Positions 1 through 11,285 of a stretch of DNA of 64,000 nt are shown piece by piece. Both the position numbers and the translations under genes were made by a program. Source of the DNA: Pseudogymnoascus verrucosus (taxonomy: Eukaryota); assembly GCA_001662655.1 (NCBI GenBank), contig KV460253.1; one strand, given 5' to 3'. The number at the start of each line of letters is the position of its first letter. Positions within the stretch are counted from its first letter, which is position 1. The notes beneath the pieces are model-generated. The model was not told where the DNA came from and searched no databases. It worked only from the letters and a program-made list of their open reading frames with translations.

Positions 1-1
1 T

Positions 2-601
2 TCCAGCTGGGAGGGTAGTATTATCGACGGATACACTGCAACCCAGGACACTGCAGCCCAGGGCGCTACGCTCCAGGACAAACTTGCCAAACATCCCATG
101 GCTACCGCGATCTTCCGCTCTAACTCATTTACGAGCTCTCCTGCCAAGGGTCCTAAGGAGACCGGAAGAGCCCGATCCAAGACGAGGGCAGGTGGTGAGG
201 GTATGGTTGGAGAATTTTCCGACATGGTCTACCCCATTCCAGCCAACTACAGCTATATCATCATGGGTCCCACTTGGGGAACTACCACTCCCACCGAAGG
301 CTCTAAGGGCCGTGATGCTGAGAAGGCTTACCCAATTCCAGCTTACTCTGACTCTTCCAGCAAGGTCGAGGTCAACCCAGCCAGATCCAGCAATGGAGGA
401 AATGAGGGCGGACAGAAGGAGAATACCAAGCCTGCCAAACTTGTTCAGACTCAGATCAACCTTGGTCAGAATCCCATCACCACTTGCAATGTCTGCAAAT
501 TTACACTCAACCGTACCGTCGTTGAGGACGTCAAGGCCCACGACAAATTCCACCAGGCGTTTGTCAACCTTGCCTCGAAGCTTGATATGGATGAATTCTG
601 A
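2..601 (+). CDS. 5'-truncated protein ending in an Eco1/ESCO-type zinc finger (zf-C2H2_3), with no acetyltransferase domain after it
   Basis: The frame is open from the window edge to TGA at 601. The C-terminus QTQINLGQ..TTCNVCKF......EDVKAHDKFH matches the Eco1 QxxL + CxxC..H...H pattern. Confidence 0.65.
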   Translation, partial: SSWEGSIIDGYTATQDTAAQGATLQDKLAKHPMATAIFRSNSFTSSPAKGPKETGRARSKTRAGGEGMVGEFSDMVYPIPANYSYIIMGPTWGTTTPTEGSKGRDAEKAYPIPAYSDSSSKVEVNPARSSNGGNEGGQKENTKPAKLVQTQINLGQNPITTCNVCKFTLNRTVVEDVKAHDKFHQAFVNLASKLDMDEF

Positions 602-715
602 AGACGCAAGAAGATCGACGGGTTCTGCGCCGAGTCAGTTACAAGCACATATCGGTGTACAGGCTTGAGCTTTGTTACAGTGTTCATTGATGCGGAGTTA
701 GGTTTCGGTGTTTCG

Positions 716-810
716 GGCATATTCACAGGGTCGGCATATTCATGGGGCCAGGCATATTCATGGGGCCAGGCATATTCATGGGGTCAGGAGCATATTCACG
801 GGCGTCGGCG
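716..810. repeat. Minisatellite, ~5 copies of 18-bp GGCATATTCATGGGGCCA
   Basis: Directly visible tandem copies downstream of the zinc-finger ORF. Confidence 0.9.
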
Positions 811-1322
811 CATTATACCCTACATTGTGACTACTAGCTAGGTATATTGCCTCAATGAAATCCTGACTTGTACATTCCTTATTCCGCATATGATTGTTGC
901 CGCTGTCTATTCGAGTCTTCAGACCGATTGTGGCAATCTATGTCGCCATTTATGGCCCATGAATGACAATAATCGTGCTTTGTAGTTGGTACATGAGGCA
1001 ATATAGAATAGAACACAGGCAGTGAAGAAATTCTATAATTGTTCAGAGTTTAGATTATCATATCCGTGTTTCTTTAATCTCGAAATACAAGCTTTAAAGG
1101 TGACGATCTAGATCGTCGCACGTGGCGTGGCGAGTTGCACTACAACGCCTTCCCCCACAAGGTACCAGAAACGTCAGCATGGTCCAAGCGTCCTGATAAG
1201 CCGCACCGCATCGGTGACGTCCCGACTGTCCCGCTCTATAATGCAGCGCATCGCAAACCTCTCCAATGGCGCCCATATGACCAGAAAGTAATTAATGTTA
1301 CTACGATAGCAAGCTGGGCACG

Positions 1323-2948
1323 ATGGCCGACTTCCATGGCTCTTCGAACCCCTTCCGACGCAGGACGCCCGCCATCCAAACGAACATAGAGAATGGAACA
1401 AAGGCGGAGGAAAGCACAGGTACTAGGCAGCTACCCATCGATCAACCGATGCGGCATGGAGATGCGCCAATAAAAAATAACGACAAACCGATGAAGCATG
1501 TTAGGGTGCAGTCGCCGCCGCCGAGTAGCCCGGAGGACACCATCCAGGATAAACCTCATACGCCACTACCACAGGGAGACGAAGGTCATGCGCTTGGCAA
1601 CGATCCATTTGAGTCCGTTCTGTCCGATGAGTCGTCAGATGACAATGACGATGAGATACCACCGATAATAGGTGCCGGCAATAATGGAAGGGTGCCTATA
1701 GCACCGATAAGTGTTGCTGGCAATGATGAAAGAACGCCTATACCACCAATAAGTGCTGCCGGCAATGACGGGAGAACGCCTATACCACCGACAAGTGGTG
1801 CCGGAAACGATGGGAGAGCTCCTATGAACCCGTTCAGCAAGACATTAGCTACGTTAGAACGGACGGAGGGCAAAGAGTCGACCAGCGAAACTCCACCGGT
1901 GGTGTCGGGAAAGGCAGCTATGGACGTGGAATCTTTTAAGCGTCTACTCATGACTGGAAGCAGCGGTATCGCAGCTCCGGAATCTCTGCCCAGCCCTCCC
2001 GCGCAATCAGCTCACGCAGGGCCGGCAGACGGAAGCAGCACAGAGGCATCCTCAGTCTCACGGCACTCGATCTTCGAGAACATCCAAGAGAATCTACCTG
2101 AGTCACCCCGGACCTCACACGAAGTCTCCGATGCAGATGACGAACGGCGGCGTATTCCTACAGCCCTCCAGCGCTCTGCCTCCGAAAGGAAAAAGCCGCC
2201 ACCACCCAGTTCACGGCATGGGAAACTCATAAACGTACAACTAAGAGATGACGCGCGGCCTCATTCTCTCTATGTAACATCTACATCTGCCCCGTCACCA
2301 CTATCATCCACAATCCCTACGCTAACCGCCGCGCAACGGTCGGCCACCGACCTCAACAAGCCCCTTCCCCCCAACCCCTCCCGCGCAAGCCACGAGTCAG
2401 ATCGTGAATCCATCTTTGACCGCGAATCCGTCGGGAAGGCGCCAGAGCCGCCTTCTCCATCCAACTCACTACGCCGTAAAACCGCACCTGCACCTCCCTC
2501 GGCACGCCGCCATGGAGTCCCCGTCGCCGACCCAAACTCCCCGCATCTGCCTCCCAAGCGGCTCACTAACATGGGCGACGATAGCCGCAACAGTTCAATA
2601 CAGGATCTATCATCATTACACCCCTCCACCAACCAACAAGCAACCATTAAAGCCCCTCCACCTCCGCCGCTCCGCCGCCCAGGCTCCATCAGAAACTCTG
2701 TTATCTCCCCAACCGTAACAATGTCCGACCTCGAAAACGCCCCTTCAATACCCCGCGCTCCATCCACCCCCTCTAAACGCCTCTCCGTCGTCCCCCCTCC
2801 CCCTCCTCGGCCCCGCGGTGCAAGCGGGGCAAGCATCGACGCCAACCCCTCCAACCCTGCCGCGTCGACCACCGAACGGCCAGACATCCTCGCTGACCTC
2901 AGCGCTCTTCAGAAGGAGATCGACGCCCTTCGCGGACGTGCGGCTTGA
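1323..2948 (+). CDS. Proline/serine-rich, probably disordered fungal protein (541 aa) with PxxP motifs and a short C-terminal coiled coil
   Basis: Long uninterrupted ORF. Motifs NPF, MDVESFKRLLMTG, KPPPPSSRHGK and terminal DILADLSALQKEIDALR. Four 14-aa internal repeats. Confidence 0.75.
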   Translation: MADFHGSSNPFRRRTPAIQTNIENGTKAEESTGTRQLPIDQPMRHGDAPIKNNDKPMKHVRVQSPPPSSPEDTIQDKPHTPLPQGDEGHALGNDPFESVLSDESSDDNDDEIPPIIGAGNNGRVPIAPISVAGNDERTPIPPISAAGNDGRTPIPPTSGAGNDGRAPMNPFSKTLATLERTEGKESTSETPPVVSGKAAMDVESFKRLLMTGSSGIAAPESLPSPPAQSAHAGPADGSSTEASSVSRHSIFENIQENLPESPRTSHEVSDADDERRRIPTALQRSASERKKPPPPSSRHGKLINVQLRDDARPHSLYVTSTSAPSPLSSTIPTLTAAQRSATDLNKPLPPNPSRASHESDRESIFDRESVGKAPEPPSPSNSLRRKTAPAPPSARRHGVPVADPNSPHLPPKRLTNMGDDSRNSSIQDLSSLHPSTNQQATIKAPPPPPLRRPGSIRNSVISPTVTMSDLENAPSIPRAPSTPSKRLSVVPPPPPRPRGASGASIDANPSNPAASTTERPDILADLSALQKEIDALRGRAA

Positions 2949-4410
2949 GCATCTCTAGAGCTTCGGATGCCGAAAGGCGCTCGGAGGGACGGAATCGCAT
3001 TAGACCCTTGATTATTGGGAGGAGAGGCTTCAGTTCTTCGTCGAGGACTCTTTTCTCAAATCTTTGTTCAAGCTTTGATTGATTTGGGCCATTGTTGCCT
3101 GTTAGCAGTGATCTCGGCGTTAGCTGTTGTTCTAACTGGACTCTTTGGAGTGGCGTATGGATATCTTCTTCTCTATAGTTTTAGATCAAAACAATAAAAA
3201 GGCGCTTACATTCCAGGGGCTCTCGTCCGGCTTTCGAACGCATGTCCCTGTATTTCTCCTGCCATTCGACAGGCAAATCCTCGACGAAATTAATCATCTG
3301 CGCCACCAGATCATTGGCATCCCCAAAAAAACTCTGAAATGGCATCCCTCCAAATCCAAAGAAGTATATCTACATGACACTATTAGTTCCACCGCTGTAT
3401 AGATCCTCGAGGGAGCACTCGTGTATCCTCACCGCGAATCCCACGCGCCACAAATCAATTCTGTAGTCAAATCGGTCCGTGAAAATCGTTTCAGGCACCC
3501 TCAGCACTCCAGGTTGCGCGATCCGTTCAGGTTCTGCGCCTTGGGTGAAGGTCTCCCCAAAGTCGATGAGGCGGATATCCTCTTCATCCTCATCTATCCA
3601 CTCCGTCCAATCTGCTGCCTTGACGAGCTGGTTAGGGAGGCCTTGTTGTAATGGTGCGCCGTCGATTCGAGCCAGCTCCTCAACTTCTGGGGTCCCGACC
3701 ACTTTAAGGAGGCTTTCTTCGTCGGCGCAGTAGGATAGATTACTACATGTAAAAGCGATGTTTCTACTGCTTATGTCTGATTCAAGTTAGTTACATATAT
3801 GGAATGCTGGGATTGCGCCGCCGCTGTACCTCCATGTGCCAAGCCAGCCCTGTGAATGAAGGCCGTAGCTTGGAGAAGCTGTTCAGAAATCCTCAAGATC
3901 GTTTCTGGCTCGAGTTTCTCGTCGTTTCCATAGAAGTCCTCGACAATGCGGACAACAGTAGGGCCGAGAAGCTCAAACACCAGGCATTTATGGGTCCCAT
4001 TTGGGCCGTTATGGGTGAACTCATCGAGTAACCGGACAATGTAACGAGCGGCGAGACCTTCCTGTGACGAACTTGATAGTGTATGCAAATTGACAAGCTC
4101 GCGTGATTTATCCCCGCTCTCAGCCGTCAAGATTTTAATTGAAACCCATTGATTGTCCCTTTTTTTTTTTTTGTTAGCACAGGTTTAGACTCATTCTACA
4201 TGATGTTTAAGAGAAAACATAGTACTTTTTGTCCCGTGCTAGCCAGACCGTAGAATATCCACCCCAGCCTAGCTTGTGGAGGACAGTGTAGCGGGTATCA
4301 TTGAAAGTGTCACCAAGGGTCACTGGATGGTATCCGCCCTGGCGATATCTGGATAGCGGTTCCTGTGTATATAGAAGATTGTGGGGACGGTAGACCGATA
4401 CATCTTCCAT
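2899..4410 (-). CDS. SRPK/Sky1-like (CMGC) Ser/Thr protein kinase, multi-exon
   Basis: Motifs YRQGGYHPV, KLGWGGYSTVWLA, SIKI, GPNGTHKCLVFELLG, HG/DISSRN (across an intron), IDFG, RVPE, DLW and LMRFRPSERLSASEAL. GT-AG introns join the ORF pieces. Stop at 2899-2901. Confidence 0.85.
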
Positions 4411-5502
4411 TATTGGATGAGATGAGATGGGAAGATAGGTGTGCGCGTTTACATGCGCCGGTCTGGTTTTATCTCATTCTCTGAGAGAAGTTATTCGGAA
4501 GGAAACAAATATAAACTTTTTGGGGCTTCGATATTTTGATGCGGGGTCGGTTTGATAGGGTCTCAGCTGGTTTCACGTCGTCATCGTCACGCTCCTTGAA
4601 CTCTCACGCCACGAAGCACGATATTGCAATGTGATACCTATAAGAATACAAAATGGGTAAGTTTGTATTATAATTTCCGAAAGTATACATTTTCTTCTCG
4701 GCTGTGATGGTTGCGTGGATGTTAGTAGCAACGTTTCTTTATATTTTTACAAATTATAATTTTATTCCGATTTAATACGATTAATATGATCTTGTGATAT
4801 GATCCAGGAAAGCACGAGTCGTACAGAGCATGCCAGGCAGAGTAATTTGCAAGAAATTTAAGACGAAGAATTAAATGGCGTCTCTAGCTTTTCGTCTCAT
4901 AGCTTCAAATTATCATATATATTGAAATGGACTTATCCCAGCTCTCTTTTCTCGCGCAGCACTTTTAGATGAAAGCACATCATTAACACAAGGCGCATTC
5001 GCCGTCTTTTCACTTGGAAACTGGTAGCTTGGATTGTATGCATGTGCCAACGGCTTGCCTCTTATGCTAGGCACTTTGCCTAGATGTATTTGCGGCTCTT
5101 TCAGCCTCTCGGCGTCCGTCCCTCCAAACATACCTCCTGGCATCTAAAATGCGGACGACGGCTGTTGTCTTACCTTTCATTGCTTAGAAGCCCACTGGGA
5201 GTTTGGTTCGCCAAATTATAATTCTTGAGTTGAGTAGTTGCTGTTCAAGATAATATCGTTGGTCTCCCACAGCTGCTTCTTGTCGACTGCCGCCATATGT
5301 GCGATGTAACATACCACAGCAACTATCAGCAACAAATTCTTGGTCAGAGATCACCCCGACCACCATCAAGGCCAGGCGCTGTTGGAACACAACCGGGCTA
5401 GTGAATGCAAGTCCGAATAGCCACATAATAGTCTCAGTGAAAGTGCATTGTTATGTAAATTAACGACGAAGAGGAAGGCTAGATCAGACGGGTATAATAC
5501 AT

Positions 5503-6882
5503 TCAACTCTCAGACTCAAATCCCTGATTCCAGGGCACCCAAGATTGGTCCGAAAAATCAGACATACACTTGACCTGTTCAGGTGGTTTATCATCCCACA
5601 CAATCTTCAACGACTTATCGTTGCCCTCTGCCTTCACCGCGTCAGAAACATACCCATGCAACGTCTTGGCCTTCTTAGCAGACTTATCCGAATAGTCCAA
5701 GTTAACTGACGGTACCACCGCAATCTTCGAATACCCCTTAATCCACAGGTCCTTGCAGAACAGTCGCGGTTCACCTGAATAACACTCTCCAGCCTTCGAC
5801 TTCCTAAATCGTATATTTTTCTCAATCAAAGGCTTTGCACTAAAGACAACAGCGCCATTCCAGCAGGCAAAAACCTGGAAGGCCTTGTGCTCATCGAATC
5901 GCTGACGGGAAACTGGGTGGTTCCAGAACAGATTCGAGGAAAATCGCCACCCTCCATCCGGGGGGATCTCCCAAAATGTGTCTCCATTGATAGCTCTCGC
6001 AATCCAGATGTCGTAAAAGATAGGCGCAGGGTCTATGTCTGACCAGTCCATCGCACATGTCATGTCCGCGTTCTGGAAGACGCGTTGGTGGACCAGCTCC
6101 AGCATATCCTCCATACATATGGCGACGTCATTGACGAAAACCACCGCTGCGTCCGGGGAATACCGAGTCGAATTGTTGAGCAGTGGTTCGAGAGCCAAGT
6201 TTCGAAGACCTGAAAGACCTTCGATTCGGTCTCCCTGCTTAGGATCGATGTCGCTGGTTTGGAGGTGAAATTCCAGTCCCAGGTTTTCCATGTCTACGCG
6301 CAGCGCATCCAGTACTTCACGAGTCCCATCATCGGAATGTCCTTCCACTATCGATAAAGCGCAGTTTTCGGGACCGAGAAATCGCACAGTTTCCACAACG
6401 GATCCCAGCAATCGAGGGAGTATGCCTATGCATTGTCGCAGATTGAGCGCAAAAAAGTATTTTATCTGCTTATCGCCGGCTTCCGCATTTCCCTGGCCGA
6501 CTCGAAGATAGTCGTAGCGCTTAGTAGCAGGTGCCGGGCACAGAAGTCGCTCAAATTCTTCGTCTTTGGGGTCTAGTATTGCTTTGACATAGTTGTATTT
6601 GGGCGCTTGCGCGTCGAGGAGACTTGTAATCGCCACTTGAGATCCTGTTGCAGGTTAGCTGGCGGGTTCAAACAGTAGGTGTCCTGGCGAGGGAGAGGGG
6701 GGCTGCTTACCAGTCTCCTGCTCTGCTGTATTGCTGCCTCCGTAAGAAGGGAGATGTAGACTGGCGACCAGTTCAGACGATCGATTATGTAGATCTGAGA
6801 GGGTTGTGAAGACAATGATGATTGCGATTGCGATGGTGATGACCAATAGCCTCTTTCTAGGTAGCCATGATCTGGTCAGCAT
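5503..6882 (-). CDS. CAP59/CMT1-like alpha-1,3-mannosyltransferase (GT69), type II membrane protein
   Basis: N-terminal TM exon 6882-6711, intron 6710-6645, exon 2 to 5503. Motifs SIVEGHSDDGT, LRNLALEPL, FVNDV, CAMDW, FYDIWIAR, QVFACWNG and CKDLW. Confidence 0.9.
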
Positions 6883-7829
6883 CGTCTTTCAGATGCACCT
6901 CACATTTAATAATAAGAAAAGAGAATGCGACGGCGCTGGCACATGTTCATCAGTATTAATTGAGATGAAGCTGCTGTTAAGTAACGTAACAATGACATTG
7001 ATGTGTAGTCGAAGGGTTCAGACGACAGCCGCGGCCCGCCGCGTCCCCGCCAAATGCCCCTGGAATACTGTACAGCACAGAACGCCAATGGGCCAATGAT
7101 TTTCTGGCTTGTAGCCTCCCGGAATAGATCCCTGACATTTCTCTGTGGAGTTTTGCCTTTAGTGCATTTTTACGCGCCGTACTACGCGCTGTCCTCGTCT
7201 ACCGTACCTCACGATCTCACCTCAGAGCTGAGCTTAGTTACTCTTATCTTTAAAAACCATAGAGTGAAGGCTTACTATTCACACTCAAATATATATAAAT
7301 GAACAAAACTCAGAATAAATATAATGACATCAAAGCCTTCAGTTTACTTCGAATCTGCCTTGCGCAACTTTGGTATAAAAATACTACGCGCTGGCGATGT
7401 GCTGTCTGCACATGCAGGGGTTAACTACGGGTAGAACGACAACACCTGATTTGCCTGCATCTTCAAACACCAACACCAACACCAACACCAACACTGATAT
7501 TTTGGTCCGAAGCCGTTCTAAGAGGAAAGATTAACGCCTATCCAAAAAATGGGTACGGGGCAGCGAGAGCCCCGTTTTAGTGGAGTCGCCAGCCCGCGGT
7601 AACCTATAAGCTCTTGCTACGAATGTTTCCGTAGCCTGTCAGTTGAAGCATAGCCCTTTTTTAGACCTGTATCTAAACATGGGCAGCGGCGCCTATATAG
7701 TACTGAGTATGGGAGTGTCGAGAACAGACCAGTGTTGATGATTTCCGATTTTACATATCTTTGGCATGGTGGTCGCTCCTGGTATTCCCAACTATTTCTT
7801 TTTTAGTTCGTTTTTTCCTCGTTCTTGAC

Positions 7830-8941
7830 ATGATGCGCCGCCTAGTGGTCTTCTGGGTTGGGGTTCTTCTATTCGACATTCGATATGCTGGAGTGCAGGC
7901 ACAGAAGGCGGTTTGGAAGACCCCGGTGAAGGGCGAAAATCTGGAAGCCAACACGATAGACTCGGTGTTGTTGGATTGGACCTCGACCCTTCCCACCACA
8001 ATCCTGCGGATGTGGTGCCAGAATAAAACAGATGTAAATAATCTGGTTTTAGGTTCGTTGTTTTCCCTTCTACAATTACAGGCGCAAATGTAACTAATAT
8101 GCATTGTGTTTTTACAGCTAGCTCCTTCTTTGTCGATTCCAATGGACCCTTCGAATATGTTATGGAGGAATATCTGCAAGACAAAACGGAGTTTCCTCTT
8201 GCTTGTCATGCTGAGCTGGCAGAAAATCCAGTGGGTGGCGGCACCGATTGCCCGGCTGCGATCGTGTGGTCGTCCAACGCAGGTGAAGCTGCAAAGACGG
8301 TTTCGCAGACGAAAGCAGCTTCAACCGTCACCGTAACACCTACACCGAGCTCAACTCCACCAAGTACGACTCCAACCCCAACTCCCAGTTCAACCCCGCC
8401 TTCGACTACGGACTCTACTTCTACCGACTCGCTATCAAAGCCTACCACCTCTGCATCGAGCACAGGCCCCGAGAGAACCACCAAGTCTTCGACGAATACC
8501 TCAGAGGAACCCGCCACGCTTCCGACTAAGATCGCAGAAAGTCCCTCTGGTGCCACAATAGCACCCGTAGCACCCGCATCTGCAAGCCCTAGCAACATAG
8601 GGGCCATAATAGGGGGTGCAATCGGCGGCGTAGCCCTCATAGCCTTCATCATCCTCGCAGTCCTCTTCCTGCGAAAGTTCCAACGGAACCGCGCAGCCTC
8701 TCCCATTCCCACCGATTCGACACGGCGAAGTTTCTACCTCTTCAACGCCTACAACAAAAGGGGGCCAAAGGCGCGTACTACGGGCGTCTTTGAGAAGGAT
8801 GGTGAGTATGGGCTGGGGATACAAGAGAAAGAGGCCAATGATGTGTCTCGTGGTGTGAGGGTTTATGAGTTGCCGGAAAGCGAAAGGGAGAGGCGGTATA
8901 GTCCTGTCGAGCTGCCAGGCGGCTCGGTTTATTATCCATGA
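7830..8941 (+). CDS. Single-pass type I membrane protein (Mid2/Wsc-like architecture), paralog A
   Basis: Signal peptide, small Cys-containing N-domain, intron 8053-8117, Ser/Thr stalk, TM helix GAIIGGAIGGVALIAFIILAVLFL, basic stop-transfer and tail PVELP. Confidence 0.8.
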
Positions 8942-9843
8942 CAAGGTTGTGATGGGTAGGAGGTGGAAGATGGCTACGTTTGGTGGCGATATATACGATT
9001 TAACGATATAATTCATGTAAGGTATAAATTATGGCATAAGCACAAGAGAGTACATTTATCCTTGAAAAGTATCACATAATCGCTTCATATATTCATTCAA
9101 ATAAACGCAATAAACGCAGACACACGTGGCATAGAATATAAAGTGCATCGGGCATTCGAGGAGTTTGTTCCATCTATCGGCCTTGCCGAACTTGGAATCG
9201 CGGAAATTACGTGCTGCAGCCCTGTGATACTACTCTGACTGCTGGATGTCTGATAGCATTCTCGCAGGGGTCAGGGGTCAGGGGTCTTGGTCCAGGGGTA
9301 AAATAGTGGCGCGCCTGGTTTGAAAAGCGAGCGTCTAAATACCATCACGCCACTCGCCGCCACCAAAACCTACTCTGAATGACAAATTCCAACATCGTGC
9401 TCTCAAGCGATTTCGGGAGATAGAGCCTTCTTTTAACGCCCGCCCCAAGAATGAGAATATAACGAGAGCCCGGTTTCAGTGGAGAAGCCAAGCACTCGGT
9501 AACCCATGCAGTGACCCCCACCCCCCAGTCTGATTAGAATGATCCACCCGACGGTAAGACACTGCCAGTTGTATCCTATTATTTGCGCCATCTGACATAA
9601 GTCGCACTAGAGGTGGATTCTGAGCCGTCAATATCTTTCAGCTGGTCTCACTTCTCGTCGTTCCTGACCTGTCAGAATAGGTGCGGCTTATATTCAGACA
9701 AGGGACCCGGCGGCTATATAGGAGATAGGGCGAAAATGGCAAAAATGGTCTAGTCTCGAAGATCTAGGGCTGTACATATATATGTGGGATGTTGGTCTCT
9801 TCTCTACATTTTTGACTGTTTCTGCCTTTTCTTCACTCGTGAA

Positions 9844-11047
9844 ATGATGCTCCAGCGGGTAGTCTTTTGTGGGGGACTCCTCCTCAACGTCCAATATGCC
9901 AGTGCCGCGGCGACTTGGAAGACCCCAACGACGGGCGCCGATTTGAAGGCCAACACGCAAGACTCAGTGTGGTTGGATTGGACATCAACCTATACTGCTC
10001 CAATCTTGCGGATGTTGTGCAAGGACGAAGCAAACGGAGGCAATCTCGTTACAGGTTCGTCGTCACTTTCCATCAGCAAGTCAAGAAGGCTCGAGTGAAA
10101 AACTAACATCAGATTTAGTTAGCCACTTCGAAGTTGACACCAATGGACCCTTCGAATATATCATGGATTCTTTCCTTGAGCCAAACAAGATGAAGTATCC
10201 CCTTGCTTGTCATGCCCAACTGGCAAAGGATGAGGCGGACACAGCCGGGCTTGATTGCCCAGTTGGAATAGTCTGGTCATACGACGCAAGTAAAGCCATG
10301 AAGACGGTTTCGGCGATTCAAGCAGCAGCGGCTCCTACCACCGCGAAGTCAGAGGTGGCTTCAACTCCAACTCCAACTCCAGACCCGGTCGGCAGTGCTT
10401 CCACCACCGGCTCGCCATCAAAGGTGATAGCACCTCCATCGGTCGCGGAGAAATCCACCACTGAATCACCGTCACAGGTGACGACAGTACCTCCGTCGAC
10501 CACCGAGAAACCCACCACTGAGAAATCCACCACTGACTCGCCATCGCAGTCTACCACTCCCCCATCGAGCACGGATCAATCCACCGACTCCTCTTCCTCA
10601 CAATCCACAACCAATCCAACATCGAGCAGCACGGATCAACCCAGCACACCTTCAAAGGGCTCCTCAGCAAGTGACTCCAACACCTCAACAGCCCCCGTAG
10701 CAACCACATCCTCCAGCTCCAACAACACCGGCGCCATAGTCGGCGGCGTCGTCGGCGGCATCGCCGTCCTCGCCTTCATCGTCTTCGGTCTCCTCTTCCT
10801 GCGAAGACAGAAGCGCAATCGCACGTCCTTTACGCCCGTTACCAATAACGAATCGTCGATTTGGAATTTCTACTTCTTCAACGCCCAGAAGAGACGGGAA
10901 CAGAAGATGGCTGCCGGGCCTGTGTATGAGAAGGAGGGTGGTGGTATGGCGCGTGAGTTGGAGGCGAATGCGGCGGGTGGGAAGGGAAATCATGCGGTGC
11001 CTTATGATCCTGTTGAGTTGCCGGTTGGATCGAATCAATATCCATAA
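9844..11047 (+). CDS. Single-pass type I membrane protein (Mid2/Wsc-like architecture), paralog B
   Basis: Same architecture and intron position (10055-10118) as paralog A. Shared WKTP, DSVxLDWTST, ILRMxC, NGPFEY, PLACHA, DCP, FYxFNA and PVELP. Confidence 0.8.
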
Positions 11048-11285
11048 GTTTTTGATGGGAAGGGAGTTGAAGGTGACTTAGTATGTTTGTAATATATTTA
11101 TTTAACGATATAACATGACCTGTAAGGTATATAAATTGACAGACCTGGCCATATCCTTGACGCTCTTCTTTGTGTTATATGGTTGCACCACCTCTCATTC
11201 TCATCTTGTGCAGGAGTATATCGTATGCTGCGCTTAACACATCGCTCAAATCAAAAATTCTATAATCGTCATCCCTCCACCCCCC

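Noticed and set aside
84..668. 194-aa ORF in an alternate frame
   Set aside because: It overlaps the zinc-finger frame, starts at a non-ATG codon and has no recognisable motif.
4913..5426. Two short minus-strand ORFs
   Set aside because: No motifs or convincing splice structure.
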